From NCBI GenBank assembly GCA_964016885.1, contig OZ024743.1:213838001-213902000 (forward strand): DNA of 64,000 nucleotides. Reading direction: 5' to 3'. The translations under genes and the position numbers were made by a program. Below, one piece after another: positions 50,487 to 63,988 of this stretch; the stretch's first letter is position 1, and every line of letters starts with the position of its first letter. The notes below the pieces were generated by a model, which made no database searches, had not been told where the DNA came from, and worked only from the letters and a program-made list of their open reading frames with translations. This DNA is from Eledone cirrhosa (Eukaryota).

Positions 50487-53400
50487 GAATGCCATGGTTG
50501 ACGGCTCTGTAAGGTATAGGCATTTTTAACCGCTATAAAAATTGTAAATTGTTTAAAACTTAAACCAAATTGTAGATAAAAACACCCTCCTCCTCGTGAG
50601 AGGGGTCTTTTTGCCCGTTATTTGGCCCTTCTGGGTTAAATAACCGCTTATTGGGGTTTTGTGCCCAATATTCATTTTAAACCGTAAAAAAAACATGGCT
50701 ACAAAAAAGAATTTTCACAAGTCACTCCCACTCATTCCGTCTTCTTCTTCCTCAATCGTGACTACATCAGTGAGAAGATTGTCTCTCTCTCTTTCTTCTC
50801 TGAATGTAGTGTCGCCTCTTTCGCAAGCGATGCCATTAAAGAAAAAGAAAAATATAGTTTTTGGTAGTTTTCACCGAGAGAACGTGCATTCCGTGGAACA
50901 TTTCTCCACGACGACGACAACGACGAAAAATGTTTGCGGTAAATAGGGAAAGCCATTTCATTCGTATGACGTCATGAAGAATAGCAGCAGCAGCCGTAAT
51001 AACAGCAGCAGCAGCAACAGTGACAAGAAAAACACTAGTAGCAGCCGCAACAACATCTGCAGCAGCATAAACAACACAGCAGCAGCAACAGCAACAACAA
51101 CAGCAGCAGCAACAGCAACAACAACAGCAGCAGCAATAACAACAACAACCACAGCAACATCGGAGGCGGCGGTCGTCGTACCAGCAGCAACAACAAAAGT
51201 AACAGCAGCTCTGACGACAACAACAACAACAACAAGAACAAGAAAAAAAACCAATCTCGTTTGCAGGTATCGAAAAGAACCTTATAACAAATGAGGAATT
51301 ACAGGAAGCAAAGAAGATGGTGACGAAAACCGGACACAGAGCAATCTGCAAGCACAGACGGCAAGCAGGAAGGATAGGTCCGTGGCACCCACGCCACAGA
51401 AATGAAGAACAGCAGCAGCAGTGGAAGTATTAACAACAACAACAGTAATGCCAACTGCAGCTGCAACAGAGACTCCACTGCAAACATCACCAACAACAAC
51501 AAGTGAAAGAGTTGAGGTGGTACCCCTCCCCGACCTCAGAATCGGACATGGAGTGTGAGGTGGGAGAAGGATGGCAAAAGGTGGCAAGAAGGCACAAACG
51601 CAGAAGCAGCGCATCGTCGCCTTCGAAAAGGGAGGAAAGAAATGAAAAAAGGGTAAAGGATACTGCAAAAGAGACTTACAGCAGCAACACCACCCACACT
51701 AGCACCACCATCACCACCGGCCGCAACCCCACCGCCAACAACAACAACTACACCTTCAGCACCACCACCACAAGCACCAACATCGCAAACACAACAACAA
51801 AACATACACACCCAGCAACAACGACAAGAAAATAGCAGACCACACCCCACCCCCAGAAAAAGAAATGCACACCAATAAATACACACAAGAAACTAATGAC
51901 TTACATAATTGAACACACATACATTTAACAGCACGACGACATAATACCAGCACCAATCAAAACACCAACGAACATAAGACTGGTAAGAATAGCACAGAAA
52001 CAATACACAAACATTAAAACGAAATTCCCCAAAGCAGTTGGTGATTTCAGAGACCTAGGAGGGACACTCAACCAGATAGTATATTCGGATATACTCCCAG
52101 CCGGCCTGAATCGGGGGGAGGAGTTGCTGTGCTTTTTCGGAGAGGTTTGGATCTCGCCATACGGGCCATCCTCCTGGACCCAGAGGGTAAGTTGGTGGTG
52201 CTGGACGTGACCAGCGGAGACGGGCAAGCTTTCAGGCTAGTGACCGTCTATGCCCCGACAGGAGCAGGGCGGCCTGATTTCTTCCGGCGTCTGGAGACCT
52301 TTCTTGGAACGTCCGCTCTTTAGTGTTAGTGGACGACTGGAACGGGATCTTAGATGCACGCTGGGACTGTGTGGGATTAGCGGATAGGGGGGTGGGAGGG
52401 TGCAAGAGCCTCACCAACCTGCTCAGGCGATTTGAACTGTCTGACAGGTACCGATTGGATTTCCCGAATGTGCCAATGTGGTCTTGGATAAATCGCATAG
52501 GATCATCCAGATCATATCTAGATAGAGTATTTTGTAGGGAAATAGATAGGTCTAGCATAGGCTGTCCACAATTCAAGATAGTCAGCTACACGGACCACAA
52601 ATTCGTGATCTGTGTGCTTGACTTAGATAGGCTTCATAGACAAGGACCCGGCTACTGGAAGCTAAACGCGTCCTTACCAGCGCGCAGAGACCGGATTAGC
52701 GAACTAGTTAAGCGGGCGTTGACGGGGGCCATCGTCAACAACAAGTGGTGGTTTGCTCTGAAAAGAGCGATTAGAATAGAATCCATTACGTTTAGTAAGG
52801 CTTTAGCAATAGAGAAAAATAGAGCAGAGGGAGAACTAGTTAGACAATTAGACGAGGCGCTTAGCAAAGGCATCGCGACCGACGTGCTTGCGGCGAAATT
52901 GGCCCTTGACCAATTCTTCAATGCAAAGCACGAAGGCTGCGTTGTCAGAGCTAGGGTGCGTGCTCTCAGACACGAGGGGACGAAAGCCGTTCAATGGGCC
53001 CGAGTGGCGGAGGCGCGTCGTGGCAACAAAGCCACGATCCGGTCTTTGGTGGACCACGACGGGCGCATGCTACTCGATCCCGGGCAAATGTGTGAAGCTT
53101 TTCAGCAACACTTCGCTCAGCTGTTCGGGGGGCAACGTTGGGCCGGGTAGAGGGATGGATTTTAGTGTCTACCTCGACGGACTGCCGCGGCTCTCGGCCA
53201 CTGAGGCGGAGTGTTGCGAAAAGCCCTTAACAGCCGCTGAAGTATGGGAGGCAATGACTGGCTGCACAAGGGTTAAATCGCCTGGTTTGGATGGTCTGCC
53301 CCATGAAATTTACGTACAGATGCCTGACTTGTTCGGATGCCTCTTGGTGGACGTCTGCTGCAACTGGCAACAGAACGGGAGAATTCCCAGCTCTGTGAGC

Positions 53401-55574
53401 CGAGGAGCTGTGGCGCTGCTGAGAAAGGATCCGAACAAGGGGGATAACATAGATAATTTCAGGCCCATAACTCTGCTAAATACAGAGTTCAAGATTTTGG
53501 CGAAGGTACTAGCAAAGAGGTTGGCGCTTGTCGTTGGTGGTCTGGTGGGAGAGTCGTGCGCCATTCCCGACAGATCCATCCAAGACAACCTCCACCTCAT
53601 GCTATACATTGTATAGCAGGTAGCTAGGGAACCTGGCACGGGTGAGTCCTTGATCAACTTAGATCAGTCGAAAGCTTTCGATAGGGTCGACCATCGTTAC
53701 GTAGCAGCAGCCCTGAGGGCGGCTGGCTTTGGGCCCGTCTTCAGAGGCTGGATCGCTGCCATGCACAGCGACATCTGCTCTGTGGTGAGAGTGAACGGTC
53801 ACCTTTCGGAAGCGTTCAACATCATGCGCTCGGTCCGCCAAGGATATCCCCTCTCGTCCCTCTTTAACGTATTGACTCTCGAACCATTACTGCACAAACT
53901 GGAGACGTTGAGGGGGGTCCCGCGCGAACTAGGATGCGGAAGATCCGTGTCAGCATATGCGGACGATGTCACCGTAGTGGTGTCGAACGCCAAACACATC
54001 GAGGCGATCGGCACTACACTAAGAGAATACGAAGCGGTGACAGGAGCAATGATCAACCAGTAAATGTCAGGGGGCCTGCAGCTTCGCACCTGGAGAGGCA
54101 GGTCCATGCCGTTCAACAGCGTCGTCGTACGCTGGACGGACGGACCGGTTAAATTGCTAGGGGTCTGGTTCGGTCCGGACCTCCAGACGGACAAAAACTG
54201 GGACGAGGTGACGAGCAGGGTGGCTTCTCTCACCCAGAAATGGGCGGAGAGGAAGTTATCCCTGAAAGGTCGAGCGGAGGTGGCTAACGCGTACATCGCG
54301 TCTGTCATCTGCTACCGCCTGACGGTCTTACCTTGTCCTAAGCCTCGCCTGACTGCGCTGGAGCGTTTGCTCTTTCGCTTTTTGTGGAAGGGACGCGCTC
54401 CGATGGTTAGGCGGTCCATCTGTTGTCAACACCCGCCACGTGGAGGGCTGGGCATGCCGTGGCTGATGATGCGCAGGCACGCGCTCAGGCTACGACATCT
54501 CCATCTCTTCCTCGACAGTGATCAGGTGTGGTCGCCGTTTGCTAGACACGTATTTCCCCAGCTCGTTTCCTTGACGGAGCTGCAGTCCTGGGTCAAGCGA
54601 AGACCGAGAGGGAGCGCCTGGAGACTGGAATGTCTTCAGGCGCTCACAGCCCTCGACCAATCGGGCAATGTGATCGGTGGAAACTCCACCTCGGCGTTCT
54701 ATAGAGGATTAGTGGAGGGGAAGAGCTACGACGTACTTGGGGAAAATCTAGGCGTCGACGAAAATCAACTAGCCAATCTCTTCGGAAGGACTTTCGGGCC
54801 AGGGCCTATGGACAACTTCCAGAAATCTCTGGCCTGGCAGTGCTACCGAGGAGCCTTGCCAGCCAGTTCTGGATAAACTGTATAGGCATGGAGGTGCCGT
54901 CAGCCGGGCATGTCCAAGATGCGCGCAGGGCGACGAAACCGTCCTGCACGCACTCGTCCAGTGTCCGAAAATTGCTGACTTGTGGGTTTATGTCTAACAC
55001 CTGCTGTCGCGTGTAGGACGGATCCGGCTATCATCTGAGTCCATCGTGAGGATTGCCCCGCCCTCCTCCTTTAGCCGGGTAGGGCAGGCAGTTTTTATCT
55101 GTCTGGTGGCCATGGCGAAAGAGATAGTATGGTGGACACGTTTGAAAGGGCTGAAGACGAGCACTTACCTCTTCGGTGATGCCCTGATTGACTTTTTCAA
55201 ATTTCATTTGAAAAGGAAAATCAGAGTAGAGAGGGAAGTGCTCTCTTCCCAGCAATTTGTTGAAAGATGGGTGAGAGAAGCAAGAATGGCCCGAGTGAAT
55301 GGGCCTACTCTGAGTATATATCTGTAAATTAAAGGTGGAAAACTGGGAGAGGGCACTTGCCTTGGTGGTCAGGGTCATTGTGGCCTTTTACTGGGTTTCT
55401 CGACAAATGTCCCTCCGAAGTCTCCCCCCTATTGGGGAATTTTTCATTGTTATTTTTTGTTACATCCTCTGTTTTTGTTTTTTACACGCAGAAATGCCCA
55501 TTTGTACCGTCCTGTATTGTCCTGCACTGACCTTAATGTCTACTTTATGTAAACCCTTGTGGTTAATAAAGAAA

Positions 55575-55576
<2 letters not shown>
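50487..55576 (+). mobile_element. L1/Tx1-type LINE, copy 1 (disrupted)
   Basis: Low-complexity ORF1 remnant, then ORF2 pieces 52111-55327 (APE VYAP/DWN/YLDR/TDH, GYWKLN, LDQSKAFDRVDH, VRQG.PLS, YADD, CPRC...H...C). 3' end aataaagaaatc(att)n, 5' flank (tta)n. Confidence 0.92.
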
Positions 55577-55618
<42 letters not shown>

Positions 55619-55875
55619 CACGTATATATATATATAATATTAATAAAAGGAATTCCAACTTTGTCTGATTTACTCGTTTTATTTGCAATTCTTTAAAATT
55701 ATAATAACATTATAATGAAATAGTATGGTAGAATAATAAATGTTAACTGTTAATGAACAAGTACTTTAATGCTTTCGCAATCTTTAGGTACATATTAAGT
55801 GGTGACAGTCAAGTTTGAAATGTTCAACTGTAATGAGATGAGTAAATTCTGTGCCTTATATACAGTAAAAAGGGG

Positions 55876-56855
55876 CTCAGACTCAGACTCAGAAGCTCCC
55901 GCGTCTTGCGACGCATGAGGCAATCACAGTGTTCCATCGCGTTCGGTCAGCAGCCAGTTGCACAGCGTCCAGCCATTGTCTGTTTGTCGCTCGCAAGTCT
56001 GGAGCCAGTACTTACTTCGCCAGTCTCTCCGAGGGAAGCCTCAAAGCGTGTCCAAACCAGCCAAGGCGTCGCTTGCAGATGGTAGAAGAGACTAGCTGCT
56101 GGTTTGTGCGGTTCCTGACTTCCTGGTTTGTTACATGGTCTCTCCATTTAATCCCCAGAATCTTTCGCAGACATCTGGAATCGAATGCGTCCAACTTCTT
56201 CTCTTGGCTGGTCTTAAGGTGCCATGTTTCACTTCCGTACAAGAGTGTGGACAGCACGTTGCTGTTGTAGAATCTCATCTTTGTTTTGAGGGTGAACTTC
56301 CTGCTCTTCCAGATCTTGTGAAGCTGGTTAAAGGCTGCTGAAGCTTTCCCATTCTACATTGAAGTTCACTATCCATGGTGCCCTCATTGTTAATGGAGCT
56401 TCCTAGGTAGGTGAAGTTGTCCACTATCTCCACCTCCCCCTGTTCAATGAAAAGACACTGGTTGGTGGTGAGTGTGTCCCAGATAACATGCTTTTAGTCT
56501 TCTTGGCACTGATATTGAGACCTAAGCTTCCTGCTTCGAGATTGATATTGTTCACAATGATTTGAAGGTCAGCTGTGCTCTCTGCAAGTGCAGCAATATC
56601 GTCCGCAAAGTCCAGGTCAGACAGCCTTTGCTCTCCCACCCAAGATATAGCCTGGTCTTTAGACGCTCTTCTTAGTACCCAGTCAATGGCTATGGCAAGG
56701 AGAATTGGAGAGAGCGAGCAACCTTGACGCACGCCAGTAACCACCTCAAACCAGTCACTGTAACCATCCTCTGTCCGTATGCAGCACTTGGAGTTTGCAT
56801 AAATCTGTTTGATTGCCGAAATGACTTTCTCGGGCAGACCATACTCATGCATGAA
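55876..56855 (-). mobile_element. 5'-truncated RTE-clade LINE
   Basis: TGVRQGCSLSPIL, DLDFADD, YNSNVLSTLLYGSETW, LRKILGIKW.D.VTN and W.GH.LR. 3' tandem tail (CTGAGT)n at 55876-55892. Confidence 0.9.
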
Positions 56856-57294
56856 GGTGCTACAGAAAGCTACGTTTTGCAAACTGTATTTCTACCAATC
56901 GGTGTGTAGTTTCACTAGATTACAAAAGCTGATTGGTTTAGGTGTCACGGTTGGTTGAGCATATCTAACGACTTCTATTTGACCCTAACCAAAGTATCAA
57001 TTGTTTTGCTATTTTTAGAAATAATGAAAAGAGAATTTTCTAGGGTTTTTATAATAAATTTTCAGTAATCCTCACCATCAACATCACTTTTATTATTATT
57101 ATTTTTGTTGTTGTTGTTAGTGGTGGTAGTCGACATGGTCGTAGGCGTAGTCATAGTAGCATTATTATTGTTCATTTAGCTTGGGTTGGAATTTATCAAT
57201 AAAATTCTTTTCTTTAATTTTTCTCTTGATTTCACTTGGGCTGTGTAATTTGTAGAATGGAAATATTATAAATATTTTCTGACCACATGCTGCT

Positions 57295-57563
57295 AGACAT
57301 TTGGATCTCTGATTTGCTGTCGGTGAACCCGTGCACGTCCCGATAGTGCATTTCCAGTTTGAGCGACATTACGCAAAAGAATGACCATCTTTAGCCAACA
57401 AATCCGAGACGTAAACACAAGGAAAATCCCCTTAAGTAGCCACATTGCAGATTGTGCAGGAATGACTCTACCCAACTTTAAAATCTTCCCCCTTTACAAT
57501 TGCTCCGGTTCTTTCACTCAACAACAAAGAATAAATAACGAAAAACTATTAATTTGCCAGTAG
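57295..57563. pseudogene. two back-to-back Neptune-type GIY-YIG fragments
   Basis: Minus 57360-57295 reads QTGNALSGRARVHRQQIRDPN. Plus 57366-57563 reads TLRKRMTIFSQQIRDVNTRKIPLSSHIADC...FKIFPLY...E..LI. Confidence 0.55.
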
Positions 57564-58199
57564 GTTTGATCATATAACAGAACAAAATGACTTCTCACAC
57601 ACGGTAAGATGAAAGACATTTTTCTTTCACTTGATATTTTCTAAACATCTACAATATTCAGCATTATAGATTAATTTAAAAAAGAAGGCAGATAATTTCA
57701 AGTGAAGTTTTTAGTCGTTATTGTACAGATGATTTCAACATTTCATTTATATATAAGTGAAATATCGCATAACATTCTCATGAACATTTGCAGCTCCGGT
57801 GGAAAAGCAAACATGTTTTCTCATAATGGTAATAAATTCTGCTATCCATGCTACGACATATTTTGTGATAGAATATGATTTTGAGGACATGTTTCCCACC
57901 ATGGTATACTTATATATATTCACAACCTTTTAAAAGAAACATTGAACGATTTAAAGACGAAGATATTGATAAGAAGACTAGATCTTGTCTAGAAATAACA
58001 CCTCTATGTATCCATCAAATGAAAATAGGGTTTTTTATATATTCAATTTTCCGCACAATATATATAGTTAGCATGTTAACATCAACAGAAGGGAGTTGGT
58101 GTAATAACCAAACACGCTACATTCCGTTCAGTATTCGTGCCAATCCTCACCAATCATCATGAATATTGGATAATGACGAGAATATGATTGCAAATACAA

Positions 58200-58569
58200 G
58201 CAGCTCAAAAGCTGAAGGCTCTTTTGAGTAACATTACTCGATAGAGTAGATAGCTCGGAGATTAAAACCTCGCTCTAGGTAGAATCACTACTTCTCTGAA
58301 TCGAGAGATTACAGCATGTTGTTAGAATGTATTACAGACATGTTGTTAGAAATATTCAGGAAATATTGTTAGAAATATTCAGGAAATATTCTTTGGACAG
58401 ATTTTATGGGCAACGTCACTCGACAGGAGACCTATGGGTAGATCCGAGCAATATGTTCGGATAATATTCATGAGCTCGGCTGGTCATGCTCTGCGAGACA
58501 GATGGATCAATTGGAGGTGGTTGCTTTTGATAGGACATGCTGAAAAGAGTGTTCGAGGATTAAGTGGGC

Positions 58570-58570
<1 letters not shown>
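58200..58570 (+). pseudogene. decayed RTE-clade LINE 3' fragment
   Basis: gagtaacattactcgatagagt...ctcggagatt matches 31801-31838. Confidence 0.65.
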
Positions 58571-58616
<46 letters not shown>

Positions 58617-58860
58617 TTTTCTTTATTAACCACAAGGGTTTACATAAAGTAGACATTAAGGACAGTACAGGACAATACTGGACGGTACAAATGGGCATTT
58701 CTGCGTGTAAAAAAAAACAGAGGTTGAAATAAAATAACAAAGAAAAATTCCCCAATAGGGGGGAGAATTCCGAGGGACATTTGTGGAGAAAGCCCATTAA
58801 AAGACCACAGTGGCTCTGACCACCAGGGCAAGTGCCCTCTCCCAGTTCTCCACCTTTAAT

Positions 58861-61800
58861 TTACAGACACATACTCAGAGAAGGCCCATTCATTCGGGCC
58901 ATACTTGCTTCTCTCACCCATCTTTCAACAAAATGCTGGGAAGAGAGCACTTCCCTCTCTACCCTGATTTTCCTTTTCAAATGAAATTTGAAAAAGTTAA
59001 TCAGGGCATCACCGAAGAGGTAAGTGCTCGTCTTCAGCCCTTTCAAACGTGTCCACCATACTATCTCTTTCGTCATGGCCACCAGACAGATAAAAACTGC
59101 CTGCCCTTCCAGGCTAAAGGAAGGGGGCGGGGCAATCCTCACGATGGACTCAGCTGATAGCTGGATCCGTCCTACACGTGACAGCAGGTGTTCGACATAA
59201 ACCCACAAGTCAGCAATGCTCGGACACTGGATGAGTGCGTGCAGGACGGTTTCGTCGCCCTGCGCGCATCTCGGACATGCCCGGCTGACGGCACCTCCAT
59301 GCCTGTAGAGTTTATCCCGAACTGGCAAAGCTCCTCGGTAGCACTGCCAGGCCAGGGATTTCTGGAAGTTGTCCATTGGCCCCGGCCCGAAAGTCCTTCC
59401 GAATAGATTGGCTAGTTGATTTTCGTCGACGCCTAGAGTTTCTCCAAGTACGTCGTCGCTCTTCCCCTCCACTAATCCCCTATAGAACGCCAAGGTGGAG
59501 TTTCCACCGATCATATTGCCCGATTGGCCGAGGGCTGTGAGCGCCTGAAGACATTCCAGTCTCCAAGCGCTCCCTCTCGGTCTTCGCTTGACCCAGGACT
59601 GCAGCTCCGTCAAGGAGACGAGCTGGGGAAAAACGCGTCTAGCAAACGGCGACCACACCTGATCACCGTCGAGGAAGAGGTGGAGATGTCGTGGCCTGAG
59701 CGCGTGTCTGCGCGTCATCAGCCACGGCATGCCCAGCCCTCCACGTAGCGGGTGTTGACAGCAGATGGACCTCCTGACCATCGGAGCGCGTCCCTTCCAC
59801 AAGAAGCGAAAGAGCAAACGCTGCAGCGCAGTCAGGCGGGGCTTAGGACAAGGTACGACGGTCAGGCGGTAGTAGATGACGCATGCGATGTACGCATTCG
59901 CCACCTCCGCTCGACCTTTCAGGGATAGCTTCCTCTCGGTCCATTTCTGGGTGAGAGAAGCCACCCTGCTCGTCACCTCGTCCCAGTTTTTGTCCGTCTG
60001 GAAGTCTGGACCGAACCAGACCCCTAGCAATTTAACCGGTCCGTCCGTCCAGCGCCCGACGACGCTGTTGGACGGCATGGACCTGCCTCTCCAGGTGCCG
60101 AGCTGCAGGCCCACTGACTTTTCCTGGTTGATCATTGCTCCTGTCACCGTTTCGTATTCTTTTAGTGTAGTGCCGATCGCCTCGATGTGTTTGGCGTTCG
60201 ACACCACTACGGTGACATCGTCGGCATATGCTGACACGGATCTTCCGCATCCTAGTTCGCGCGGGACCCCCCCTCAACGTCTCCAGTTTGTGCAGTAATG
60301 GTTCGAGAGTCAATACGTACAGTAGGGACGAGAGGGGACATCCTTGGCGGACCGAGCGCATGATGTTGAACGGTTCCGAAAGGTGACCGTTCACTCTCAC
60401 TACAGAGCAGATGTCGCTGTGCATGGCAGCGTTCCAGCCTCTGAAGACGGGCCCAAAGCCAGCCGCCCTCAGGACTGCCGCTAGGTAACGATGGTCGACC
60501 CTATCGAAGGCTTTCGACTGATCTAAATTGATCAAAGACCCACCCGTGCCAGGTTCCCTAGCTACCCTCTCTACGATGTATCGCATGAGGTGAAGGTTGT
60601 CGTGGATGGATCTGTCGGGAATGGCGCATGTCTGTGCCTCTCCCACCAGACCACCAACGACAAGCGCCAACCTCTTTCCTAGCACCTTGGCCAAAATCTT
60701 GAACTCTGTGTTTAGCAGATTTATGGGCCTAAAATTATCTATGTTATCCCCCTTGTTCGGATCCTTTCTCAGCAGCGCCACCGCACCTCGGCTCACAGAG
60801 CTGGGAATTCTCCCGTTCTGTTGCCAGTTGCAGTAGACGTCCGCCAAGAGGCCTCCGAACAAGTTTGGCATTTGTACGTAAAGTTCATAGGGCAGACCAT
60901 CCAAACCAGGCGATTTACCCCTTGTGCAACTAGTCACTGCATCCCGTACTTCAGCGGTTGTTATCGGCTTTTCGCAACACTCCGCCTCAGTGGTCGAAAG
61001 CCGCGGCAGTCCGTCGAGGTAGACACTAAAGTCCATCCCTCGATCCGGCCCGCCACTGCCCCCGAACAGTTGAGCGAAGTGTCGCTGAAAAGCTTCACAC
61101 ATTTGCCCGGGATCGAGTAGCATGCGCCCGTCGTGGTCCACCAAAGACCGGATCGTGGCTTTGTTGCCACGACGCGCCTCCGCCACTCGGGCCCATTGAA
61201 CGGCTTTCGTCCCCTCGTGTCTGAGAGCACGCACTCTAGCTCTGACAACGCATCCTTCGTGCTTTGCATTGAAGAATTGGTCAAGGGCCAATTTCGCCGC
61301 AAGTACGTCGGTCGCGATGCCTTTGCTAAGCGCCTCATCTAATTTTCTAACTAATTCTCCCTCTGCTCTATTTTTCTCTATTGCTAAAGTCTTACTAAAC
61401 CTAATGGACTCTATTCTAATCGCTCTTTTCAGAGCAAACCACCACTTGTTGTTGACGATGGCCCTCGTCAACGCCCGCTTAACTAGTTTGCTAATCCGGT
61501 CTCTGTAGGCCTTGCGCGCTGGTAAGGACGCGTTTAGCTTCCAGTAGCCGGGTCCTTGTCTATGAAGCCTATCTAAGTCAAGCACACAGATCACGAATTT
61601 GTGGTCCGTGTAGCTGACTATCTTGAATTGTGGACAGCCTATGCTAGACCTATCTATTTCCCTACAAAATACTCTATCTAGATATGATCTGGATGACCCT
61701 ATGCGATTTGTCCAAGTCCACATTGGTACATTCGGTAAATCCATTCGGTACCTGTCAGACAGTTCAAATCGCCTGAGCAGGTTGGTGAGACTCTTGCACC

Positions 61801-62281
61801 CTCCTTCCCTATCCACTAATCCCACACAATCCCAGCGTGCATCTAAGATCCCGTTCCAGTCGCCCACTAACACTAAAGAGCGGGACGTTCCAAGAAAGGT
61901 CTCCAGACGCCGGAAGAAATCAGGCCGCCCTGCTCCTGTCGGGGCATAGACGGCCACTAACCTGAAAGCTTGCCCGTCTCCGCTGGTCACGTCCAGCACC
62001 ACCAACTTACCTTCTGGGTCCAGGAAGATGGCCCGTATGGCAAGATCCAAACCTCTCCGAAAAAGCACAGCAACTCCTCCCCCCGATCCCGGACGGCTGG
62101 CAGATGTTTACACATCGTAGCCGCCGAAGATCGGTGCGAAAGCCTGTGCTTCTGAGATTCTGGTCTCGCTGATGGCCACTACATCTATGTTTAGTGACCT
62201 GAGGTCGTTGAGCAGGTGGCCCTGTTTCCATGACGACCCCAAGCCACGCGCATTTATGCTGCCTATTCTGAGTGAGGTCAT
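58861..62281 (-). pseudogene. ORF2: APE endonuclease - RT - CCHC, with one stop and one frameshift
   Basis: ATG 62281 (MTSLRIGSINARGL...VVAISETR) is in frame with ORF 60032-62068. In-frame TAA at 62108-62110, frameshift in the C-run at ~60270, continues as ORF 58861-60237. Confidence 0.93.
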
Positions 62282-62315
62282 GTTGAAAAGGAGTGGAAAA
62301 GATGGGAAAGACCAC

Positions 62316-63988
62316 TTACCTTACTTCTCGTAGGGGAAGGACGGTTTTTCCATCCTTTTCACTGCTTGTGGCCTCCTCAGGAAGGATGTCCTTATAAATC
62401 CTCCTGGAGAGTGCTTGTCGGAAGTCTCCGATGTCTTTGGGGAATTTTTGTTTTAGTGTCATGTACGTTTTCTGTGTGATGCGAGTGATTTGTATGTGTG
62501 GAGGTGGTGTGAATTTTGGGGTTGTTGTGTAGTCTTTTTCTGTGATGCTGGTGTTGTGTTGGATGTAGTGTAATAATTGGTTGTTGTTCAAATTTAATGC
62601 TGTGTAGTGTGTATCGTTTTGGTTGTTTTGTTTTTTTTGCGTTTGTTGTGGGTTTGTTTCTGTTTCGCATTTTGGTGACATTTGTGGTGTAGGTGATGGT
62701 GGTGTTGGGGTTAATGATGGTGATGGTGTTGGTGTTTGGGTTGATGGGTTGGTGATGCTGGTGTGGATGGTGGCATATCTGTCCTAACTTTTTTGTTTCT
62801 TAATTTATTTGTTTCCCTCTGTATTTTGTTTTTGGAGGGGGAAGGAAGAGAATTTTTTCTTTTTTGGTTTCTTTATTTTTTCCGGATATCGTTTCCCACT
62901 CCTCGTCGTCACAATCTGTCTCCAGTTGTGATAGGCCGGGGAGTGGAAAATCCTCCACAGCCGTTAGTTTTGGTTGTGGCGTGGTGGATGGTGTAGGCGC
63001 TGGTGCTAGTTCTGAAGCGTTGGGTGGTGGTGGTGTTGGTTTTGCTACTGTTGCTGGGGTTGTTGCTGTTATAGTTGCTTCTGTTGTTGCTGCTACAGTT
63101 GTTGCTGCCATCTCTGCTACTGGTGGTGTTGATGGTTGTGTCACTGGGGTGGGTAGGAGAGGTGGCCTCAACCTTTTAGCCTGAGGGCAGAAAGCCCTTA
63201 GGTGGGTTCTTTCACCACAAACGACACACCTAGGTCTTCTGCCCTCGACAATTACCGTGAGGTGGCTGCCGTCAGTGAGGTCTATTAACTCTGGGATCTC
63301 CTCAATGCTTTTTTGGTCCGCTTGGATCAGGAGCTCCATCCCAGATTCGGACCAGTTTTCCTGCTTTTCTTTTGCTATTGCTATTATTTTCGTGTTGGCT
63401 TCGATGCCGGCGAGGACGGCCGCTATTAGCCAGGGAATTTCGATGGCCGGTGGAACGTGGGTCACCCTGATCTTTACGAGTCTCTGGCCACAATAGCTTG
63501 GGACGAGTGTGAAATCGTCACTTTTTAGTGGGGCCATAGAGTGTTCTCTAGCCTCCTCTGGTGTTTCAAAGAACACGTCCACGGTTCCATACTTTTGCCC
63601 ACGTCTGATGTGGGTTTTTCTTGCCCACACATGTCCCAAAGCTTTTTGGATTTGGGACTCGGATGCCCGTTCCACTCGGCGCGATTTTACATTTATTGTT
63701 CTATACGACACGGTGCATAGGCGCCGATGCTCCATTTTATTAGGTGGGGGAGTGAGGCTGACCCTGTGCCCATCTTTCTTTACCATTTGTTTGGCACTTT
63801 CTAAATCTTCCTGAGTTACCGTAAATGCTTCGAATTGTTTTGCTACTCTGGCGAAACTGAGGGGGGGGGGGGGTTATAATGTCATTGTTGTTGTTGTTGC
63901 TATCGTTAATATTAATTTTAGTTTCAGTTGTGGTGGTGGTGACGTCAGTCGTCTTTGGTGGGGAAGAGTCCATTTTGCTTGATTTCAT
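62316..63988 (-). pseudogene. ORF1: RRM-like region + CCHC zinc knuckle, frameshifted
   Basis: CVVCGERTHLRAFC (CX2CX4HX4C) followed by a Pro/Thr-rich linker. Frameshifts near the G-run at 63860-63872 and at ~62800. Confidence 0.85.
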
